Below, in pieces: positions 60,801 to 64,000 of a stretch of 64,000 nucleotides of DNA. The stretch lies in the NCBI GenBank assembly GCA_039028435.1, contig JBCCIC010000001.1, positions 396,240 to 460,239 of the forward strand, in the 5' to 3' direction. The notes under the pieces are model-generated. The model did not search any database. It saw only the letters and a program-made list of their open reading frames with translations, and was not told the DNA's origin. The DNA comes from Actinomycetota bacterium. Lineage in GTDB: Bacteria; Actinomycetota; Acidimicrobiia; Acidimicrobiales; UBA10347. The position numbers were made by a program, and so were the translations under genes. Positions within the stretch are counted from its first letter, which is position 1, and every line of letters begins with the position of its first letter.

Positions 60801-62347
60801 CGATCCGTCCGGTCCGGCTCCTCGTCGCGGGCGAAGAAATCGGGCGCGCTGGCGTCATCGAGGTAGCAATAGGCCCACGTCGCGCCCCGCTCGAGCGAAC
60901 CAATCATCGCGTGGCCCGTCTCCTCGAAATGGGCTCGGGCGTGGGTTCCCGGAGTGTCATCGCAGCATCCCACGTGCCCGCAGATGAGACACCAGCGCAG
61001 CTGCACCGGATCCGTTCCGTTGGCCACACAGCCATCACAGACCGCATCCGCAGGGGCCGGCCGTGGGGCGGGGTCGGTGGCCAGAAGATGATCGCAGGCC
61101 CCCGCCGAAGCGTCGATGACGTCTCGCACGAGTTCGCGAATCCGGTACTCGGACTTGTGCGCTGCGACCACTTCGACCGCAATCTGGGCGACGACGATCG
61201 CGGCGATGATCGCAATCGTCGCCAAGGCGGGTGGCGACGTTGCCGCGGCGACGACTCCGACGACGCCGAGTGCGATCGCTGCGACCACTCGGGGCCCGAC
61301 GCGTTCCGGCGCCTCGATCGCGTAGTGCGGCGACGCGGTCACCAGGTCGAGCACCGCCACGCACAACAGGACCACCCCGACGGCGCCGATGAGCAGCCAC
61401 AGGTACGAGTCCTTGAACGCGTCGGAGAACGATTCAACGCCGACGATCTTCTTGGCCGCAACACCGAATGCGGTGATGCCACCGGCGAGAGGAAGGTGCG
61501 TGTAAACCCAGACCAGGCGGGTCGACTCGGGCGTGCGCGTCAGCGCGGACGACGATCGGATGTGGGCGTCGGCGACGTCGTCGAAGTACGTCCACCAGAT
61601 CGCGATCAGGATCAGGAACGCGAGGCCACCCATCACCTGCGTCTCGAGACTGATGCCGATGTCGGCGATCTTGCTCAGCGCCTTCACGAAGGTCTCACCG
61701 AGGACGATGATCGTGAACAGGGCGTAGCGCTCCATGAAGTGGTGGTCGTGGAGTGGCGTGTTGATCTCCTCGGTGGCCGTCGTGCTGTCGCGACGTACGA
61801 GAAACGCCGGAATGGCGAACTCGATCGCAACGGCGACTGCCCAGACGACGAGCCGCGCATCGCCCGGCACCAGGAGCGACAACGCCCACAGGGCCAAGCC
61901 GCTCCCGAACCCCCGAATGAGCGTGGTGGTCGCCTCGCTCCTGGCGACTGAGTGCTGGGCTCTCAGGTACATGAGCAAGAGCGGGAGACGGGCGCCGATG
62001 TAGGCCAGCGCAATCCAGGTCCGCCAATTGTCGGGGACCGTCGCCGCGATCACCGCGAAGTTTCCGACCGCGAACATCTGGAAGAACGACAACAGGCGGT
62101 GGGTGATGTCATCGACGGCGAAGCGGTTCATGAACGCCGTCGTACCGGTCCAGGTCCACCACAGGAGGACGAACGCTCCGGCAAACGCCGCGATGCCGTT
62201 CCAGCTGACGTCGTCAGCGAGACGATCCCCGAGCTGGATCAGCGCCGCCACGTAGATGAGGTCGAAGAACAGCTCGAGCCAGGTGACGCGGCCGTCGTCG
62301 GCGACGTCGTGGCGAGGCGCGGGCGGTTGCCATTTGGTGAGGGGCAT
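60797..62347 (-). CDS. LtrA-like (low-temperature-requirement A) membrane protein fused to a C-terminal UBP-type zinc finger
   Basis: N-terminus VTWLELFFDLIYVAALIQLGD plus about 10 TM segments. The C-terminus (about 60830-61075) reads CDGCVANGTDPVQLRWCLICGHVGCCDDTPGTHARAHFEETGHA. Confidence 0.75.
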   Translation of the reverse strand: MPLTKWQPPAPRHDVADDGRVTWLELFFDLIYVAALIQLGDRLADDVSWNGIAAFAGAFVLLWWTWTGTTAFMNRFAVDDITHRLLSFFQMFAVGNFAVIAATVPDNWRTWIALAYIGARLPLLLMYLRAQHSVARSEATTTLIRGFGSGLALWALSLLVPGDARLVVWAVAVAIEFAIPAFLVRRDSTTATEEINTPLHDHHFMERYALFTIIVLGETFVKALSKIADIGISLETQVMGGLAFLILIAIWWTYFDDVADAHIRSSSALTRTPESTRLVWVYTHLPLAGGITAFGVAAKKIVGVESFSDAFKDSYLWLLIGAVGVVLLCVAVLDLVTASPHYAIEAPERVGPRVVAAIALGVVGVVAAATSPPALATIAIIAAIVVAQIAVEVVAAHKSEYRIRELVRDVIDASAGACDHLLATDPAPRPAPADAVCDGCVANGTDPVQLRWCLICGHVGCCDDTPGTHARAHFEETGHAMIGSLERGATWAYCYLDDASAPDFFARDEEPDRTDR

Positions 62348-62354
62348 GGGGTCT

Positions 62355-63734
62355 TCAGTCTGGCGGGTTCGTGCGGCGACCGGTACCCAAGGTCAGGGGA
62401 TCGGCGGCCGCTTGGAATCGCAGATGCAACCGCAGCGTGCCGAGCATGATTCCCGGCTGGTGCAGCCAATCGTTGTCGGAGCCGTACTCGATCGCTTTGA
62501 GACGGTCGAGTAGCACGCCCCAGCCGATCTGCTGCTCGAGCCGCGACAGGTTCGCTCCGGGACACACCCGAGGACCGGTCGAAAAGGTGACATGTCGGGT
62601 CGCGCCCTCGCGATTGAGGTCGAGCGTGAACGGCTGGTCGAACTCCTCGCCATCGACGTTCGCCGCGCCGAATCGGAGATGAAGCAGGGAACCGGCCGGT
62701 ACCTCGACCCCTTGGAAGACCTCGTCGTGGAGTGTCGTCCGGGTGGAGAGCCCGTGCGTCGGCGATCTCATCCGCATGGCCTCCTCGACGAAGTTGCGGA
62801 GCTTTGAGCGATCGGCACGGAGCTGCTCGAACATGCCGGGATGCTCACAGAGGAGCTGGGCCTGCTCTTCGAGGGCGTACTGGGTGGTCTCGAGCCCGCC
62901 GATGATCATGGCGTGGACGATGCCGGCGATCTCGATGTCGGTCAGTTTGCGGTCGAGCGCGTCGTACTGCACGTCGCAGAGGAAACTGACCATGTCGTCC
63001 TGCGGGTCGCGGCGCTTCGCGGTGACGTGCTCGTAGATGTAGTCCTGGAAGCCCTCGAGTCGTTCGAGCATGTCGGCGGTCTGTTCAGGTGTGAGCTCGT
63101 GGTGGAGACCCGTGCCATGCACGAAAGGGGTCACCACCGCGTCGCCCCAGGCAGCCAGTAACGGGATGTCGGACTGCGGGAAGCCGAGGATGCTGGCCAT
63201 CACGCGTTGCGGCAACGGCCGGGCGAAACGGCTGACGAACTCCACCTCGTCACCGCCGATCCACTCGTCGAGCAGCTCGTTGGCATGGCGCGTGATCATC
63301 TCGCGATGACGCAGAGCACCGGGTCCAACCCAGGGGTCGGTGAGCTCGCGGCGGTGTCGGATGTACAGATGTTGCGTGGGCCGCAGGGACACCATCGATG
63401 CCGTCATCAGGTTGCGGATCTGCTCATAGGTCGCTTCCGGCGACCGTCCCAATTCGGCCAGCTTCGCCACCCGTGACTGGGTCAGGCTGAGGAAGCGCTC
63501 CGGGTCCTTCACGACCCGCGCAACATCGGCATGCTTGGTCAGGACGAACGCATCGCTGCCCGGGGTCGGCCCGCCGCCCTCGATGCGGAGCACCGGAGAC
63601 TCTCGATGGAGGATCTCGTACGCGCAGTACCAATGTTCTTGCGCGCCGTCGGCGAAGAGGTCGACGTCATCGAGATCGATGGGGCACGACATCGGTCCGA
63701 GGTCGTGATTCACATGCTTGGGAAAGGGCCCCAT
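62355..63734 (-). CDS. Cytochrome P450
   Basis: Haem-ligand loop FSTGPRVCPGANL, EEAMRMRSP (ExxR) and AMIIGGLETT (I-helix). ATG 63734 is preferred over the track start at 63863. Confidence 0.9.
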   Translation of the reverse strand: MGPFPKHVNHDLGPMSCPIDLDDVDLFADGAQEHWYCAYEILHRESPVLRIEGGGPTPGSDAFVLTKHADVARVVKDPERFLSLTQSRVAKLAELGRSPEATYEQIRNLMTASMVSLRPTQHLYIRHRRELTDPWVGPGALRHREMITRHANELLDEWIGGDEVEFVSRFARPLPQRVMASILGFPQSDIPLLAAWGDAVVTPFVHGTGLHHELTPEQTADMLERLEGFQDYIYEHVTAKRRDPQDDMVSFLCDVQYDALDRKLTDIEIAGIVHAMIIGGLETTQYALEEQAQLLCEHPGMFEQLRADRSKLRNFVEEAMRMRSPTHGLSTRTTLHDEVFQGVEVPAGSLLHLRFGAANVDGEEFDQPFTLDLNREGATRHVTFSTGPRVCPGANLSRLEQQIGWGVLLDRLKAIEYGSDNDWLHQPGIMLGTLRLHLRFQAAADPLTLGTGRRTNPPD

Positions 63735-63793
63735 GTCGTCCTGGCTTATCAGATCTCGAGGAGCCGGACCTCGGCGACGGTGCGGTGGCCGGG

Positions 63794-64000
63794 CTAGAGC
63801 CAGGTGCCGATGTTCTGCGGTCCGCGGAGCTCCTCGAGCCGCTTTCCTTCGCGGTCCGCCCACTCGACCAGTGCATCGGGTGCATACCCGTCGACATCAC
63901 GGATGCGGTCGAACACCGATCCGTCGATGCTCTCGTTGATCGAGAAGGAGCGCCCGCCCTGACCGGTCTTGCGAGTCTTGACCGGGCGCGGTTCAGCACC
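63794..64000 (-). CDS. 3' end of an unidentified gene (the start lies beyond the window)
   Basis: An open frame with no start in the window, so it is absent from the track: ..KTRKTGQGGRSFSINESIDGSVFDRIRDVDGYAPDALVEWADREGKRLEELRGPQNIGTWL*. Composition is protein-like, unlike the Arg/Ser-rich track ORF 63667..63999. Confidence 0.5.
   Translation of the reverse strand, partial: GAEPRPVKTRKTGQGGRSFSINESIDGSVFDRIRDVDGYAPDALVEWADREGKRLEELRGPQNIGTWL

Noticed and set aside
1-64000. Search for rRNA, tRNA, CRISPR arrays, transposases, integrases, phage genes and toxin-antitoxin pairs.
   Set aside because: Intergenic gaps are short (mostly under 110 nt). None shows tRNA-like cloverleaf segments, and no ORF shows DDE-transposase, recombinase or phage motifs, so none is reported. 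A tRNAscan/Infernal run would be needed to exclude small RNAs formally.

Overview
High-GC, gene-dense chromosomal segment that looks Actinomycetota-like. It has frequent GTG/TTG starts, many 4-nt ATGA/GTGA gene overlaps and lipoprotein substrate-binding proteins. I call about 55 protein genes. I saw no rRNA, tRNA, CRISPR array, transposase or integrase.

The dominant feature is a metal-acquisition island at about 3.9-29.6 kb:
- four lipoprotein class-III (FhuD/FepB-like) binding proteins, each with a long acidic tether; one is an unusual PBP-PBP-fasciclin fusion
- one FecCD/FepC-type importer
- two exporter-fold ABC heterodimers (IrtAB/YbtPQ-like), each followed by a siderophore-interacting flavoreductase (SIP)
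- a DrrAB-like ABC-2 exporter
- two MFS transporters, one with a His-rich tail
- recurring DtxR/IdeR-like promoter motifs
- no NRPS or NIS siderophore synthetase genes

A third SIP, paired with a multicopper oxidase, lies at 55-58 kb.

The item I consider most novel is a compact divergon at 33.85-35.9 kb. An ArsR/SmtB-type sensor overlaps an internally duplicated 98-aa protein that is 27% His. Opposite it sit an orphan ZnuC-like ATPase carrying a CCACICC cluster and a stand-alone ribA. The shared control region holds two different palindromes, and one of them recurs upstream of mog.

The rest of the window (36-64 kb) is redox and catabolic accessory genes (BVMO, AKR, SDRs, LLM oxidoreductases, P450, dehalogenase, sulfatase plus Rieske oxygenase), TetR regulators and a GAF-GGDEF-EAL protein.

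All calls come from reading the translated ORFs and the DNA by eye. No database search was run.
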